Notes under the pieces: model-generated
What the model saw: the letters and a program-made list of their open reading frames with translations, nothing else
Database searches by the model: none
What the model was told of the DNA's origin: nothing
Origin: Macrostomum hystrix
Taxonomy: Eukaryota > Animalia > Platyhelminthes
Direction: 5' to 3'
Assembly (NCBI GenBank): GCA_950097015.1
Contig: CATNEN010000024.1
Location: forward strand, 1,240,001 to 1,304,000
Length of the DNA: 64,000 nucleotides
Shown here: positions 16,750 to 30,620 of the stretch, one piece after another
Layout: the number at the start of each line of letters is the position of its first letter
Position numbering within the stretch: the stretch's first letter is position 1
Position numbers and translations under genes: made by a program

Positions 16750-19700
16750 TCACCAGGTCATTATTTTTAAAGGACGTCTTTGCTTCGGCGATAAGCTTCG
16801 GGATCGCCTCCTGCTATTGACGCTGTAACAATAATTTTTCACGAGTTTTTTACGTGAATGCGTTGACCGAGATGCTTAGTTTAATGCGTTATGTTAGTGT
16901 TTGAAGGGGTAGAAAGTAATGGACTGGGGCGTGAGGTGATTGTTAGAAGGGGTAGAAAGTAATGGACTGGGGCGTGAGGTGATTGTTAGAAGGGGTAGGA
17001 AGTAGTGGATTGAGACGTGAGGTGGTTGTTAGAAGGGGTAGGAAGTAGTGGATTGAGGCATGAGGTGGGTGTTAGAAGGGGTAGGAAGTAATGGCTTGAG
17101 GCGTGAGGTGGTTGTTAGAAGGGGTAGGAAGTAACTTGGCTTGAGGCGTGAGGTGGTTGTTAGAAGGGTAGGAAGTAGTGGATTGAGGCATGAGGTGGGT
17201 GTTAGAAGGAAGGAAGTAATGGCTTGAGGCGTGAGGTGGTTGTTAGAAGGGGTAGGAAGTAATGGCTTGAGGCGTGAGGTGGAAACTAAAGAAAGAAACT
17301 GGTAGAAACTAATGGAGTTAGTACTTGGTTATTATAAGCGTTAGTGTTTTGTTTTACTAGATACAAATGCATTATCGGTGACAATGACCATAGGCAGACA
17401 AAATTTCATACCTATCAATAATAAGCTCTCTGCTTAAGACCTCCTCGTGTGAGCCGCTCGCCTGCCAGCAGTGGCGGCGTCGGCGGATGTGTAAATTAGG
17501 ATCGCAGCCCAACCGCAGCTTGTACGACGAGCTGTTGTTGTATAGCCGTTTCTGCCTCATTTCGGCTTGCTGCTGCAGGAATTCCAGCCGCTTTTTGCTT
17601 AATTAATAGCGCGATTGGGATGGGCAAGTTTCGAATTTGCGTGTAATATTAGGCTAGTCTGTTAGACACAATATCATATGTTAGACACAATGTCATCTGT
17701 TAGACACAATGTTAGAAACTGTTACTTAGACTTGTAGAATTCGGTCAGGATCAAAGGTATTTAAGTGGCTGGAACTCACTGTCGCATGATGGGCAGTGGC
17801 TGGTCAGTGCCCAGATTTTTTGGGTCATCTTCTGGCGCAGAAAGCCACGGATGCTTCAACAGTTGAGCGGCGTTTGGCCTGCGTTTTTGTGTGCTTAAAT
17901 TATCGATAGTTATCACGCTTATAGACAGCAAAAACTGTTTGTCTATATATTCATAATATGCAGAATTTCCTGCCTAATGACGTTGCTAAGGTTTTTTGCG
18001 ATGGAATTACTCTTTGGAATTACTAGTTGCGATGGAACTAGAAACCAGGAGTCGCGTTGCTATGGTTACAGGGACTGAAATCCTCTAAACCATGGGAAAT
18101 TCGTTGCTATGGTTACAGTGATGGGATTCAACATAAAAATTGGAATCTCGTTGCTATGGTTACAAGGATGGGAGTTTTCTCAGAATGGGAATCCCGTTGC
18201 ATTGATAATAATAATAGTAATAACAATTCTTGCAGTAGGGCTGTGGGCAATGCCACAACAGTCGGTGACACTTGCCAGCAGAATTGCCAGCGAGGAGGCA
18301 GTTCTGCCCATCTTGCTGAGTCCTGAGCACACACGCACACAGATACCGTACTCAGGCACTCGCTCACACAGGTGTGTACATCTGCCCTGACTTTCTCATC
18401 GTCAGGCAGTGTAAACTTTGTTGTGCGTTGTAGGTTGGCCTCAAGGGCGCAAATTGCAGGACATGCCCCCAAGCCTTCTCTCCGCTGCTGCGCCCCAAAT
18501 TAATGTGGCCTCGCCGCGGAATCGAACTCAGAGATCTTGGTGCGAGAGGCAAATGCGTTAACCGCTCTGCCACTAACCCCCGTTGCTACGGTTACAGTGA
18601 TGCAAGGCATCTAAACTATGGTGTTGCTATGAGCTCACCGATCGTAATTGCTGGATAGAATGCATTTAATGAATTTTACAGCGTAGCACGAGACCGCTTG
18701 CCATTCGGGTGCCGAAAAGTCCAAAGTGAATTGCCGCCTCACAATGCACCGCACCATCTCGGAAAGGTTGGCGCCATTGAATGGGAAATCGCCCGTGAAC
18801 AGAAAGTAGATGATAACACCTGCCGCCCAACAGTCAATCAGAACCGAATACTCCTTGCTGCTGATGAGCTCCGGGCTCATGTACTCGAAGCTCCCAATCC
18901 AGGTGTTCTTTAGCGATAATGTTTTTTGTCCCGGTGGCAACTCGAATGCGTAGCCAAAGTCGCTGATCTTCAGCACCATCTCACCGCTGATGGACTGCGT
19001 GTAAATTTATGCGATGGTATATGTAGCATCTCAATCAAAATCTAACCCTCATTCTCAATCTAACCCTCATTCTCAATCTCACCCTCATTCTCAATCTCAG
19101 TCTCATTCTCAATCTCACCCTCATTCTCAATCTCAGTCTCATTCTCAATCCAAATCTAACCCTCATTCTCAATCTCACCCTCATTCTCAATCTCACCCTC
19201 ATTCTCAATCTCACCCTCATTCTCAATCTAACCCTCATTCTCAATCTGACCCTCATTCTCAATCTCACCCTCATTCTCAATCTCACCCTCATTCTCAATC
19301 TCACCCTTATTCTCAATACAAATCTAACCCTCATTCTCAATCTCACCCTCATTCTCAATCTCACCCTCATTCTCAATACAAATCTAACCCTCATTCTCAA
19401 TCTCACCCTCATTCTTAATCTCACCCTCATTCTCAATCCAAATCTAACCCTCATTCTCAATCTCACCCTCATTCTCAATCTCACCCTCATTCTCAATCTC
19501 ACCCTCATTCTCAATCTCACCCTCATTCTCAATCTCACCCTCATTCTCAATCTCACCCTCATTCTCAATCTCACCCTCATTCTCAATCTCACCCTCATTC
19601 TCAATCTCACCCTCATTCTCAATCTCACCCTCATTCTTAACCTCACCATAACTCTCGCTCTAAATCTCATTCAATGTTTTGCTTCTCCTCTCAGAGACAA

Positions 19701-21151
19701 ATTCAACCGCGAATAAAAGACAGAACAAGAACAAGTGACGAAGACACGAATCGAACAGCGCCCTCACTTCGCTCTTAACCAGCAGGTTCTCCAGCTTCAG
19801 GTCCCGGTGCACCAGCCGCATCTCGTGCAAGTAGACTAGGCCGTTGAAAAGCTGGCGAGCCGCTGATCGAATGGCCGCCTCGCCGAAGTTCGGGCTAGTC
19901 ACCAGGGCTACGCAGACGTCCAACTGGTCGGCGAATTCGAAAATCATCCGCTTAATCTCCGGCTCGTTCGAGAACACAGCTACCAGCTTGATGACATTGC
20001 GATGATCTAGACGCCGCAGGATGGCTTCCTCGTTGTAAATCAGCTGCCTCTGGTAGCTAGAGAGCACCCTGTCGTTGATCACCTGGATTTTTATTGACAC
20101 GTGTCAACAAAGCTAAGAATTTTTTATTATTACGGCAAGAGACTTAAGAAAAACGAGTGGGTGTGGGCGGAGCGGTTAATACTTCTGCCTCTCGCACCAA
20201 GGTCCTCGAGCTCGAATCCGCAGCGAGGTCACATTCATTTGGGGCGCAGCCGCTTAGAGAAGGCTTGGCGGGTTGGTTTTGCATTTACGCCTATATGAGT
20301 GCCAACATCTGAAGGCACAGTGAGGGCTTACTGCCTGATGATGAGAATCTCCGGGCAGATGTTAACACACCTGTGTTAACTTGGTGTGGACGGTGGTTGG
20401 GGGTTGGTGGTAGCGTGTTTGTAGTGGTTAGAGCATCGGACTAACGGCTTGAAGGTCGGGGGTTCTATTTCAGACTCATTTGAAACAATATTTTATTTAA
20501 CGATTTAATGATTTATGGTTTATGATTTATACTTCATTACTCTGCATTGCTTCAGTTCACCCAGCTGTTAAATGGGTAACAGCATTAGCTGGGCTAGTAA
20601 AGGGTGGGTGAGGCGTCTACCCATTGAAGTGATCGTACCAATCAAGGGCTATAAAAAAATTGAGCTGCTTGCCAGCTCTCTGAGCGCACTTTCACGGCGA
20701 AGTTCTCGCCAGTTGTACGGCTCACGCAGCGATAGACGCTGGAGTAGCTGCCACAGCCGATGACATTCTCCAGACTGTAGGCGTCCTGGAACTTGACCTC
20801 CGATTCAGCTGCAGTCATCGCCGATGCCTCCCCGACGACGTCCTCTTCCGATGTGGACGGGCCGCCAACGGCTGGAAAGCCTGCGGGAGTCTTGGAGGAT
20901 GAATTCAGTGGGCTACAACAAGGCCGGTTAGACTGGTGTGAAACTGCCGGTTCGTTTGACCGCACAGAGACCGTAGTGGTGCCCAACTGACCTTCATTAC
21001 TATTGCAGGCTCTATCTTCGTCTGAATCGTTACATATCCCGTCATCATGGCCTAGTGATGGTGGCATGCTAGCTGTCAGCTTCCTTGGTAGGGCCAACAA
21101 TTTCTGTTTACGATTGCTAATATGAGTCCAATTGAACTCGCTACTACCCAT
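16750..21151 (-). CDS. CaMK-group serine/threonine protein kinase, 6 exons, about 496 aa
   Basis: Exons 21151-20690, 20082-19768, 18994-18639, 17878-17780, 17597-17412 and 16822-16750 splice in frame (1491 nt) with canonical AG/GT. Motifs IGCGSYSSV, FAVK, HRDLKLEN, DFG, YMSPE, DCWAAG, LLKHPW, then a basic helix and an Arg/Ser-rich tail. Confidence 0.9.
16905..17282 (+). repeat. 43-bp minisatellite in kinase last intron
   Basis: Unit gttagaaggggtaggaagtaatggcttgaggcgtgaggtggtt, about 9 diverged copies. Confidence 0.9.
18200..18575 (-). mobile_element. tRNA-derived SINE family 1, full-length copy in kinase intron 3
   Basis: Minus strand reads TAGTGGCAGAGCGGTTAAC (A box)...GAGTTCGATTCC (B box), a body shared with 2370-2762, and an (ATT)n tail; cccgttgc occurs on both flanks (possible TSD). 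Confidence 0.8.
19030..19650 (+). repeat. 18-bp minisatellite in kinase intron 2
   Basis: Unit ctcaccctcattctcaat; source of the SQSHPH and RMRVRL ORFs. Confidence 0.95.
20158..20380 (+). mobile_element. SINE family 1, degenerate 3'-truncated copy
   Basis: gcggagcggttaa...tgcctctcgcaccaagg...ttggggcgcagccgc...ctgcctgatgatgagaa...acacacctgtgt aligns with the other two copies. Confidence 0.7.
20407..20592 (+). mobile_element. tRNA-derived SINE family 2 copy
   Basis: tRNA-like head (tagtggttagagcatcggact...gggggttctatt) plus core ttcagttcacccagctgttaaatgggtaacagcattagc shared with 28262-28422 (-) and 40183-40445 (+). Confidence 0.65.
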
Positions 21152-22501
21152 TTAAAATTTGCGGCAGTTATTTTAAGCTATTAATTTTCATTCGCTGCAG
21201 TTCTGGACACAAACATATTTTTTATCTCGTGAAATTCCCATAGACGCACTTTTATAATACTATTTGCTTCGTGCATACCATGGCTGATGCATGACTGTAT
21301 TTATTTATAGAAAACAATATTATAGAGAAATTCAATTCAACAGCAGGAAGTGTATTTGCAGCATGGATGAATGAATAGAATTCTATTCATTCATCCATGA
21401 TTTGCAGCCATAAAGTGCTTTCCAATTAAACTTCACTCAGGACAAAACCTGACAATACCTTCACAGTCATTTTCATTCATCGCAGAGCCATAATATAGTG
21501 CTTATTAATCTTAAACATCTTTCCAAAAGCTTGCGCACAACTTTCTTTGAGAAGAAGAAAAAAAGGAGATACCAGTTAAGTCAAACACAACTGTGTTTGT
21601 AAGGAGTAAAGGGATTGTCGTTTGATTGGCGTAGTAGAGTTACAGCACAAGTAAAGTATATTCTCAGACCATGAGCAGAGAGCAGTAGAGGGCTTGCTAA
21701 AATTGAACACAGATAGTGTTAAAGTTTCCAGAGAGTTCTTCTTAATTGTATTTACGCTAGCCGACTGAGCTGCTAACTATTAGCAGTTGATGTTTAGATT
21801 CGGTCATGAAAATGTTGTAGATGTTCATGTTGCATATTTAGTGGCTGAAGTGCTTAGACTGAATTCAATTACAGAGTTGGATGAAAATTGTTATGAAAAA
21901 GTTAAATGGTTATTTGATGCTCTAAAAGGGTGGAATAAAAGTGTAAATTTGCACTTAATTCTTCAGTTCTGTTTTATTATTCTGGCAATTTTGCATCAGA
22001 ACAGTTTGCAAGTTCGCGATTTTTTTCTTCTGTTTTAATTATAAGCTTTACTTTATATGATTATTCACACAAAGAAATGATTTTACTTAGTGACATCATT
22101 CATATGAAAACTATTTTGGTCGTTGTACAAACGCTGTATTTGTTTTATCTATGTCGTGAGCTAAAATGTTAGGTACCGCAGAGTTTCGAATTCCCACAAT
22201 GGCTATATTTTTCCATTTCAGATTTTCGATCTGATCTGATCTGATCTATAATTTCTATACAAATCTTTTTAAACACAAAGGGACATACGTACATACTGGT
22301 ACTGTAAACTTTAAACCCTGTACTTTATATATTCATTTATATTCATAGTGAAATCCTGAATATTACTTGACTTGTAAACAGCATATACAAAAAAGTTGTT
22401 AAGCCCTCCAAAGATTGCGACTGTTAACAAATTAAAATAGTGCTGTTGTTCTGAATAAGTCAGAAAATTTTTTTACCATTTCTATTGACAAGAACATAAC
22501 C

Positions 22502-25500
22502 ATGTCGTTAGCAGGATTTAAGAAACAGCTCAACAAAGCTAACCAAGTAAGATCTGTTTTGAAATAATGTGACTTTTTATTAAACATGCTAGGCCTAGGC
22601 TTTTTGCATATACAAAAGATTACTGAGTTGCCTTAATTTAAGGTTGCTGTTTTATTAGTATTTTTAAGCTGCCACATTGTAATTGTATATAAAATCACCA
22701 AAAGGCAAAATGAGAGCAATTACCTTAATATCAAAGTGAGAAATCAATTTCATAAAACATGCATAGGCAATTGTGCATATATTATGGGCGGGCTAACAGA
22801 ATTCAATACAATAGGCCTAGTAATGTTTTAACTAGTTTTAATAACTAGTTTAATAATGTTTTAATAACTAGCTAGCTACTTTCTAGCTATAATTTCTTGT
22901 TGGGAAGAATTCAAAACTAGGTTTATTTGGTTTATTAGGTTAGATTTTACTCCTTATGGTGGCACGCAAGTGTCCAAGTGGTAAGACACTATTTAACATG
23001 AATAGGCCTAACTCATGTGCATATTAGTTTTACTGGTTAGGCTTTCTTGGCATAGTTTTATCAATTTCCAGTCCTGCTATAGGGCTACCAGTGGATCAGA
23101 GGGTGTCCAATTGCACACACCCACATTTTTATATTTAGAATTACTCCCTTTATACAATTTCCCTTATAGGTTTATAACATGTGCTCCCTTTCTAGGTTAT
23201 GAATTAATGTGATCCAACCTTGGTTTACTATTCAATACGAATTATTTCTTTTACTGCAATCCTTAGCTTGCAGCCTTTCAGCTAAATAAGTAACAAACAA
23301 TCTTTATTTGCTTAGACAGCATATTTTGGAACTGCGGGAGTGCTAGGCCTAGTTGATTCTTCCTAGACTAAACCCCCGGTATATATTGTTGGATAGGTGA
23401 ATGGAAATTAGTAAAACAAAAAGTATCATTCAAACAAATGATTTAATTTTGCATTCTAATTTGATGTTTCTACATACATGCGCAACCTCCCAAATCTTAT
23501 CCGGCCGTGCGACTTAGTTTTTGCTCTCATTTGCTCTCAATTGACTTAGTTCATTTCATTGCTCTATTTACAACTTAGTTTGCTCTCATTTGCTCTCTTT
23601 TTCTCTCCCATTTTTCCTTTTCTTCACGCCTTCCTTTTTTGTCCCTTGGTCCCCCCTTTAATTTTTTTGCGCTTGGTCGATTGGTTTTTGTGACTTACCT
23701 TGCTTGGCCCTCGTTTCAACTTGGCCCTCTTGCCCATTGGCCGGGTGTTGCGCATGTATGTGTTTCTAGGAAAAGTATGAGTTCAATTTTATGTTTAAGC
23801 AACATTATTTAAAACTTCTACATTTATATGAAATGAATTCATAAATATCAATTTATCATACTGCATTGTTAAGTTCCATTCAATTTTCAAATCTATTTTT
23901 ATGCTTATCTTTTTTATAGCTTGTGATTAGTTTGACAGTTTGCATAACTGGTGTTTTAATGTATCTCGAAATATAGTTTTTTAAAATAATTTTAGTATTT
24001 CATAGTTTCTTGTTGTTATTATAAGATTAGTGTTTTCTTTTAAAACATAGCATGATTTTATAATTGCTTCTAAATCTAAAGTTATTTTGACCAAAAATGG
24101 TAGCCAATTATCAAACATTTATTCTGTGCAGATGCTTAGCGAACGAATTGCTGGTGCCAAAGGCACTGAATTGGACTCCGACTTTGTTGAAATGGAGAGG
24201 GTAGGTTGAAACTTTCAACTGTGCTTCAGCTGTTTGTTTAACATGCAATATTTAATATTTTAGTTCTTATTGAAAGTTTTCTTGTATCTTTTTAGAAAAT
24301 TGAAGTTGCAAACAAGATGGTTGAAGAATTAATTACCAAAACTCAGGAATATCTGCAACCAAATCCAAGTAAGTGTTTTTTATTATTTTTAGTTTTTTCT
24401 TCTTAATTTGTTAAAAATCTAACTAAATATAAATTCTCACAGTGGCTCGAGTACGGCTAAGTGCAGCCAAAGGCTTCAACAATTTGCAGCATAAGAGTCG
24501 AAATATTGCTTATCCGCAGCCTGAAGGCATTCTTGGCGATTGCATGCTGAAGCATGGCAAGGACCTGGGACAGGACTCTTGCCTGGGTGAGGGCTGCTTT
24601 AGTTTTATCGAATAAATTAGTTTTGAATTTATTAATGTCTCAATCACTTAAATGTTTAAGTATCCAATTAGCTCAATTCTCAGTCTTCATTTAGGCCAGT
24701 TCTTAGTCTTCATTTAGGCCAGTTCTTAGTCTCCATTTAGGCCAGTTCTTAGTCTCCATTTAGGCCAGTTCTTAGTCTCCATTTAGGCCAGTTCTTAGTC
24801 TCCATTTAGGCCAGTTCTTAGTCTCCATTTAGGCCAGTTCTTAGTCTCCATTTAGGCCAGTTCTCAGTCTCCATTTAGGTCAATTCTCAGTCTCCATTTA
24901 GGCCAGTTCTTAGTCTCCATTTAGGCCAGTTCTCAGTCTCCATTTAGGTCAATTCTCAGTCTCCATTTAGGTCAATTCTCAGTCTCCATTTAGGTCAATT
25001 CTCAGTCTCCATTTAGGCCAGTTCTCAGTCTCCATTTAGGCCAGTTCTTAGTCTCCATTTAGGCCAGTTCTTAGTCTCCATTTAGGCCAGTTCTCAGTCT
25101 CCATTTAGGCCAGTTCTTAGTCTCCATTTAGGCCAGTTCTTAGTCTCCATTTAGTTCAATTCTTAGTCTCCATTTAGGCCAGTTCTTAGTCTCCATTTAG
25201 GCCAGTTCTTAGTCTCCATTTAGGTCAATTCTCAGTCTCCATTTAGGTCAATTCTCAGTCTCCATTTAGGTCAATTCTCAGTCTCCATTTAGTTCAATTC
25301 TCAGTGTCTACTTAGGTCAGTTCTCGTCTCCATTTAGGTCAGTTCTCGTCTCCCTACGATGGCAGTCCTAAATCACATTTACATTTTAGTTAATACATTA
25401 CATTTTTCTAATAATTTTATTACTTATCTTTGCTATTTGATTAGGCCAGTTCCGTTAATCGTTAACTTTCATGAACCCAAATCCGCTCATCCTTCATTAA

Positions 25501-28500
25501 TAAGGTGATGCACTGGTTGAAAGTGGCGAAGCATACAAGCAGATGGCTGAAATCAAATACAGTCTCGAGGATAGCGTCAAACAGAACTTTCTAGATCCAT
25601 TCACAGCAATGCAGCAGCGGGACTTAAAGGAGATCAATGTAAGCCACCGACCCACTTGTGCCTGCATTTTACCCAATGACACATTGACTGTGTGATCTAG
25701 ATGCCAAATGACACATTGACCGTGTGATCTAGATGCCAAATGACACATTGACTGTGTGATCTAGATGCCAAATGATACATTGACTGTGTGATCTAGATGC
25801 CAAATGATACATTGACTGTGTGATCTAGATGCCAAATGACACATTCACTGTGTGATCTAGATGCCAAATGACACATTCACTGTGTGATCTAGATGCCAAA
25901 TGACACATTCACTGTGTGATCTAGATGCCAAATGACACATTGACTGTGTGATCTAGATGCCAAATGACACATTGACTGTGTGATCTAGATGTCAAATGAC
26001 ACATTGACTGTGTGATCTAGATGCCTAATGACACATTGACTGTGTGATCTAGATGTCAAATGACACATTGACCGTGTGATCTAGATGCCAAATGACACAT
26101 TGACTGTGTGATCTAGATGCCAAATGACACATTGACTGTGTGATCTAGATGCCAAATGACACATTGACTGTGTGATCTAGATGCCAAATGATACATTGAC
26201 TGTGTGATCTAGATGCCAAATGACACATTCACTGTGTGATCTAGATGCCAAATGACACATTCACTGTGTGATCTAGATGCCAAATGACACATTCACTGTG
26301 TGATCTAGATGCCAAATGACACATTGACTGTGTGATCTAGATGCCAAATGACACATTGACTGTGTGATCTAGATGTCAAATGACACATTGACTGTGTGAT
26401 CTAGATGCCTAATGACACATTGACTGTGTGATCTAGATGTCAAATGACACATTGACCGTGTGATCTAGATGCCAAATGACACATTGACTGTGTGATCTAG
26501 ATGCCAAATGACACATTGACTGTGTGATCTAGATGCCAAATGACACATTGACTGTGTGATCTAGATGCCAAATGACACATTGACTGTGTGATCTAGATGC
26601 CAAATGACACATTCACTGTGTGATCTAGATGCCAAATGACACATTGACTGTGTGATCTAGATGCCAAATGACACATTCACTGTGTGATCTAGATGCCAAA
26701 TGACACATGGACTGTGTGATCTAGATGCCTAATGACACATTCACTGTGTGATCTAGATGCCAAATGACACATTCACTGTGTGATCTAGATGCCTAATGAC
26801 ACATTGACTGTGTGATCTAGATGCCAAATGACACATTGTCTGTGTGATCTAGATGCCAAATGACACATGGACTGTGTGATCTAGATGCCAAATGACACAT
26901 TGACTGTGTGATCTAGATGCCAAATGACACACGGACTGTGTGATCTAGATGCCAAATGACACATGGACTGTGTGATCTAGATGCCAAATGACACATTGAC
27001 TGTGTGATCTAGATGCCAAATGACACATTCACTGTGTGTGATCTAGATGCCAAATGACACATTCACTGTGTGATCTAGATGCCAAATGACACATTCACTG
27101 TGTGATCTAGATGCCAAATGACACATGGACTGTAGCGTGCCTGAATTGATAAACACTCATTACACTTCCTCTCAGCATCACCTGAAGAAGCTGGAAGGCA
27201 GACGACTGGACTATGACTGCAAAAAACGAAAAGGTAAGCTCTTATAATGGCAGTAGGTGTTGCAATGTTTGAATCAGGGAAAACTTCTAGCTTGTGCAAA
27301 GTGCTCATTATTTACAAGCCACCTTAGTCTCATTAATTAAATTACGTTTGATCGATTTGATTTGACGTTAGTTCTGTAGCAAAGATAAACTTAAAGTGCT
27401 TCTGTACCCACTTTTTGTTACTTATTTTTCAGAAGATGGTAAACTGTCAGACTAGAATGCATAATTTTAGCATTTTTAATCCTTACCTATTCTTTCATCT
27501 TTTTATGAAATTTTGGTTTCACAATGTACATTGCAAATCAGGAATTCTTATTTCATTTTTCGATTAAAAAAAGTTTTATTGAAAATTAAATGTGAACAAA
27601 TGATTATTTATCTTGCACTTTAAGTTTAGTTCTATTTTTAAGCCATTTTACTGTACGCTTATTGCATCAGTTGATTCAAATGCATTCCTATTAACTGAAT
27701 TCAAATTGGTCTAACATCAATTAGGAATTGCTTCAATTCAGTTTAATTATGAGGATTGAAAACTGTTGAGTTGAAAAAATCTGTTTGAAGCCCGAGACAG
27801 TATTGGGACCTGTTAGACAGAGTTTTAACCTGTTAGACAGAGTTTTAACCTGTTAGACAGAGGTTTAACCTGTTAGACAGAGGTTTAACCTGTTAGACAG
27901 GAATTTAACCTGTTAGACAGAGTTTTAACCTGTTAGACAGAGGTTTAACCTGTTAGACAGGAATTTAACCTGTTAGACAGTTTTAACCTGTTAGACAGAG
28001 TTTAAACATGTTAGACAGAGTTTTAACCTGTTAGACAGAGTTTAAACCTGTTAGACAGAGGTTTAACCTGTTAGAGAGAGGTTTAACCTGTTAGACAGGA
28101 ATTTAACCTGTTAGACAGAGGATTGGGACCTGTTAGACAGAATTGGGACCTGTTAGACAGAATTGGGACCTGTTAGACAGGGTTGTGAGATGTTACAACA
28201 CATAGTTGCATCTCAGTGTGACCTGTTTGGCAGGGCTTGGTTTGGGTTTTGGTCACCCACCATAATGTCTTCTACGTAGCTAATGCTGGTACCCATTTTA
28301 CAACTGGGTGAACAACGCTGTGGGTAATTAAGTGTCTATAGCTCGATGACGCAAATTATCTACCTTGCGTAGGGTGGGTTTCGAACTCCTGACCTCTCAG
28401 ACCGCAGTCCGAGGCTCTAACCTCCAGGTTAGCAGGCTAAAAGTTGGCAAACAAAATCCCGTAACGATTTCCAGCCAGCACTGCCAGGCCAAACGAGGAC

Positions 28501-30620
28501 GACTTGCACGCGGCTGAAGAGAAATTTGTAGAAAGCAAAGCCCTGGCTGAGAATGCTATGGTTAATTTTCTGAATTCTGATGTAAGTTTTTTGTTTTTTG
28601 TTAAGGAATATAGTAAACAGGTTAATTTGATAGGTTAAAGCCTAAAACCTAAAACAGGTTAAAGCCGGCACGCTTTTAGTTTTATTTATTTATATAAAAG
28701 CAGTTGACGAGGAACTAGCATTCCAATTTAGGAAATGGCATTCCAATTTAGAAAATGGCATTCCAGATTAGGAAATGGCATTCCAGATTAGGAAATGGCA
28801 TTCCAATTTAGGAAATGGCATTCCAAGTTTAGTAAATGGCATTCCCATTTAGGAAATGGCATTCCAGTTTAGGAAATGGCATTCCAGTTTAGGAAATAGC
28901 ATTCCAGATTATGAAATGGCATTCCAGATTAGGAAATGGCATTCCAGATTAGGAAATGGCATTCCAAGTTTAGAAAATGGCATTCCAGATTATGAAATAG
29001 CATTCCAGATTATGAAATAGCATTCCAGATTATGAAATAGCATTCCAGATTATGAAATAGCATTCCAGATTATGAAATAGCATTCCAGATTATGAAATGG
29101 CATTCCAAGTTTAAGAAATGGCATTCCAGATTATGAAATAGCATTCCAGATTATGAAATAGCATTCCAGATTATGAAATGGCATTCCAGTTTACGAAATG
29201 GCATTCCAAGTTTAAGAAATGGCATTCCAGATTAGGAAATGGCATTCCAGATTAGGAAATGGCATTCCAGATTAGGAAATGGCATTCCAGATTAGGAAAT
29301 GGCATTCCAGATTAGGAAATGGCATTCCAGATTAGGAAATGGCATTCCAGATTAGGAAATGGCATTCCAGATTAGGAAATGGCAATCCAGATTAGGATAT
29401 GGAATTCAAAGTTTAGAAAATGGCATTCCAGATTAGGAAATGGCATTCCAGATTAGGAAATTGCATTCCAGTTTTGGCAATGGCATTATAATATAAACTC
29501 AAACTACAGGCGGAGCACGTGTCGGCCATGTACGAACTGGTGTCAGCTGAGCTTGTCTATCACCAGGAAGCCTGCCGAATTCTTTCAAATCTGCAGAGTC
29601 GTTTAGAAACCAAGTTAGTGGCATTTTTTTAACTACTGCTAGTAGCCTGTTGGACTTATTTTTTTATTTGTATTTTCAAACTAAACTAGACGGTCTGAGG
29701 CGGCCAGTCGGCCTAAATCCGAGCACGTACCGTTTCGACCTGTGGTTCGGGGCGCATCGAAAAGCAGCAGCATCAGCAGCGACCAAAGCGGCGGCGGCGC
29801 CAGGTTTTCCGGCGCAACTGGCGGCGGTGGTGGCCTTGCCGCCGCAGGTAGCAACGGAGGCGACACTTGGCGCCTGTCGGCAGTTGAGAAGACCCAGGAG
29901 CCCAGCGGCCCCGCCATCAGCGTCAAGCCTCGGCTGCAGGGTGAGCGTCGCCGCCTTCATTTTTATCTGTTGCCAGCTAATCATTAGCATTTTCGTCTGT
30001 TGCCACCTAGTCATTAGTATTTTCACCTGTTGACAGCTAATCATTAGTATTTTCTCCTGCTGACAGCTAATCCTTAGTATTTTCACCTGCTGACAGCTAA
30101 TCATTAGTATTTTCACCTGCTGACAGCTAATCATTAGTATTTTCACCTGCTGACAGCTAATCATTAGTATTTTCACCTGCTGACAGCTAATCATTAGTAT
30201 TTTCACCTGTTGACAGCTAATCATTAGTATTTTCACCTGCTGACAGCTAATCATTAGTATTTTCACCTGCTGCCAGCTAATCATTAGTATTTTCACCTGC
30301 TGCCAGCTAATCATTAGTATTTTCACCTGTTACCAGCTTATCAATCTAATCTTCAGTTGTAGTCAGTTTTTCAGTCAGTCCCACCTCATCCAAACACAAG
30401 TCACAAAGCATGTTTCTCTTCCGCAGCCAAAAGCAGCACGCCGACTGGCCGAGCCCTGTTCACATTCACCGCCGAGAATAGTACAGAGCTGGCCTTCGAC
30501 GAAGGTGACGTCATCCAGCTGGTTGCCCAGGTGGACGAGAACTGGTTCGAAGGCGAGCTAAAAGGCAAGCGCGGCTTCTTCCCCGTCAATTATGTGGAGG
30601 TCATTGTGCCGCTGCCGTGA
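22502..30620 (+). CDS. EndoA: Endophilin A (N-BAR + SH3), 10 exons, 392 aa
   Basis: Exons 22502-22546, 24132-24200, 24296-24368, 24443-24586, 25505-25638, 27176-27233, 28475-28581, 29510-29613, 29690-29940 and 30427-30620 give 1179 nt in frame. MSLAGFKKQLNKANQ, EYLQPNP, YPQPEG, VKQNFLDP, HHLKKLEGRRLDYD; SH3 ALFTF...VDENWFEG...GFFPVNYVEVIVPLP*. Confidence 0.97.
23473..23760. mobile_element. MITE copy 2 (same family as 11915-12195)
   Basis: Same 14-bp TIRs; TSD TGTTTCTA at 23465-23472 and 23761-23768; in endophilin intron 1. Confidence 0.9.
24680..25335 (+). repeat. 23-bp minisatellite, endophilin intron 4
   Basis: Unit aggccagttcttagtctccattt. Confidence 0.95.
25677..27132 (+). repeat. 32-bp minisatellite, endophilin intron 5
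   Basis: Unit gacacattgactgtgtgatctagatgccaaat, about 45 copies filling almost the whole intron. Confidence 0.95.
27805..28180 (+). repeat. 20-bp minisatellite, endophilin intron 6
   Basis: Unit cctgttagacagagttttaa and variants. Confidence 0.9.
28262..28422 (-). mobile_element. tRNA-derived SINE family 2 copy
   Basis: Minus strand: ggttagagcctcggactgcggtctgagaggtcaggAGTTCGAAACC...gttcacccagttgtaaaatgggtaccagcattagc. Confidence 0.7.
28715..29487 (+). repeat. 20-bp minisatellite, endophilin intron 7
   Basis: Unit ggaaatggcattccagatta. Confidence 0.95.
29975..30340 (+). repeat. 30-bp minisatellite, endophilin intron 9
   Basis: Unit gctaatcattagtattttcacctgctgaca. Confidence 0.95.

Noticed and set aside
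18500-18575. tRNA gene candidates here and at 28370-28422 and 20407-20470
   Set aside because: A/B boxes are present, but there is no complete cloverleaf and each continues into a shared SINE body.
21787-22038. 83-aa AT-rich ORF between the divergent kinase and endophilin starts
   Set aside because: No recognisable motif, no supporting splice structure, intergenic-like composition.
24680-30340. Regular short repeats resembling CRISPR arrays
   Set aside because: Units are contiguous with no unique spacers, there are no cas genes, and they lie within eukaryotic introns.
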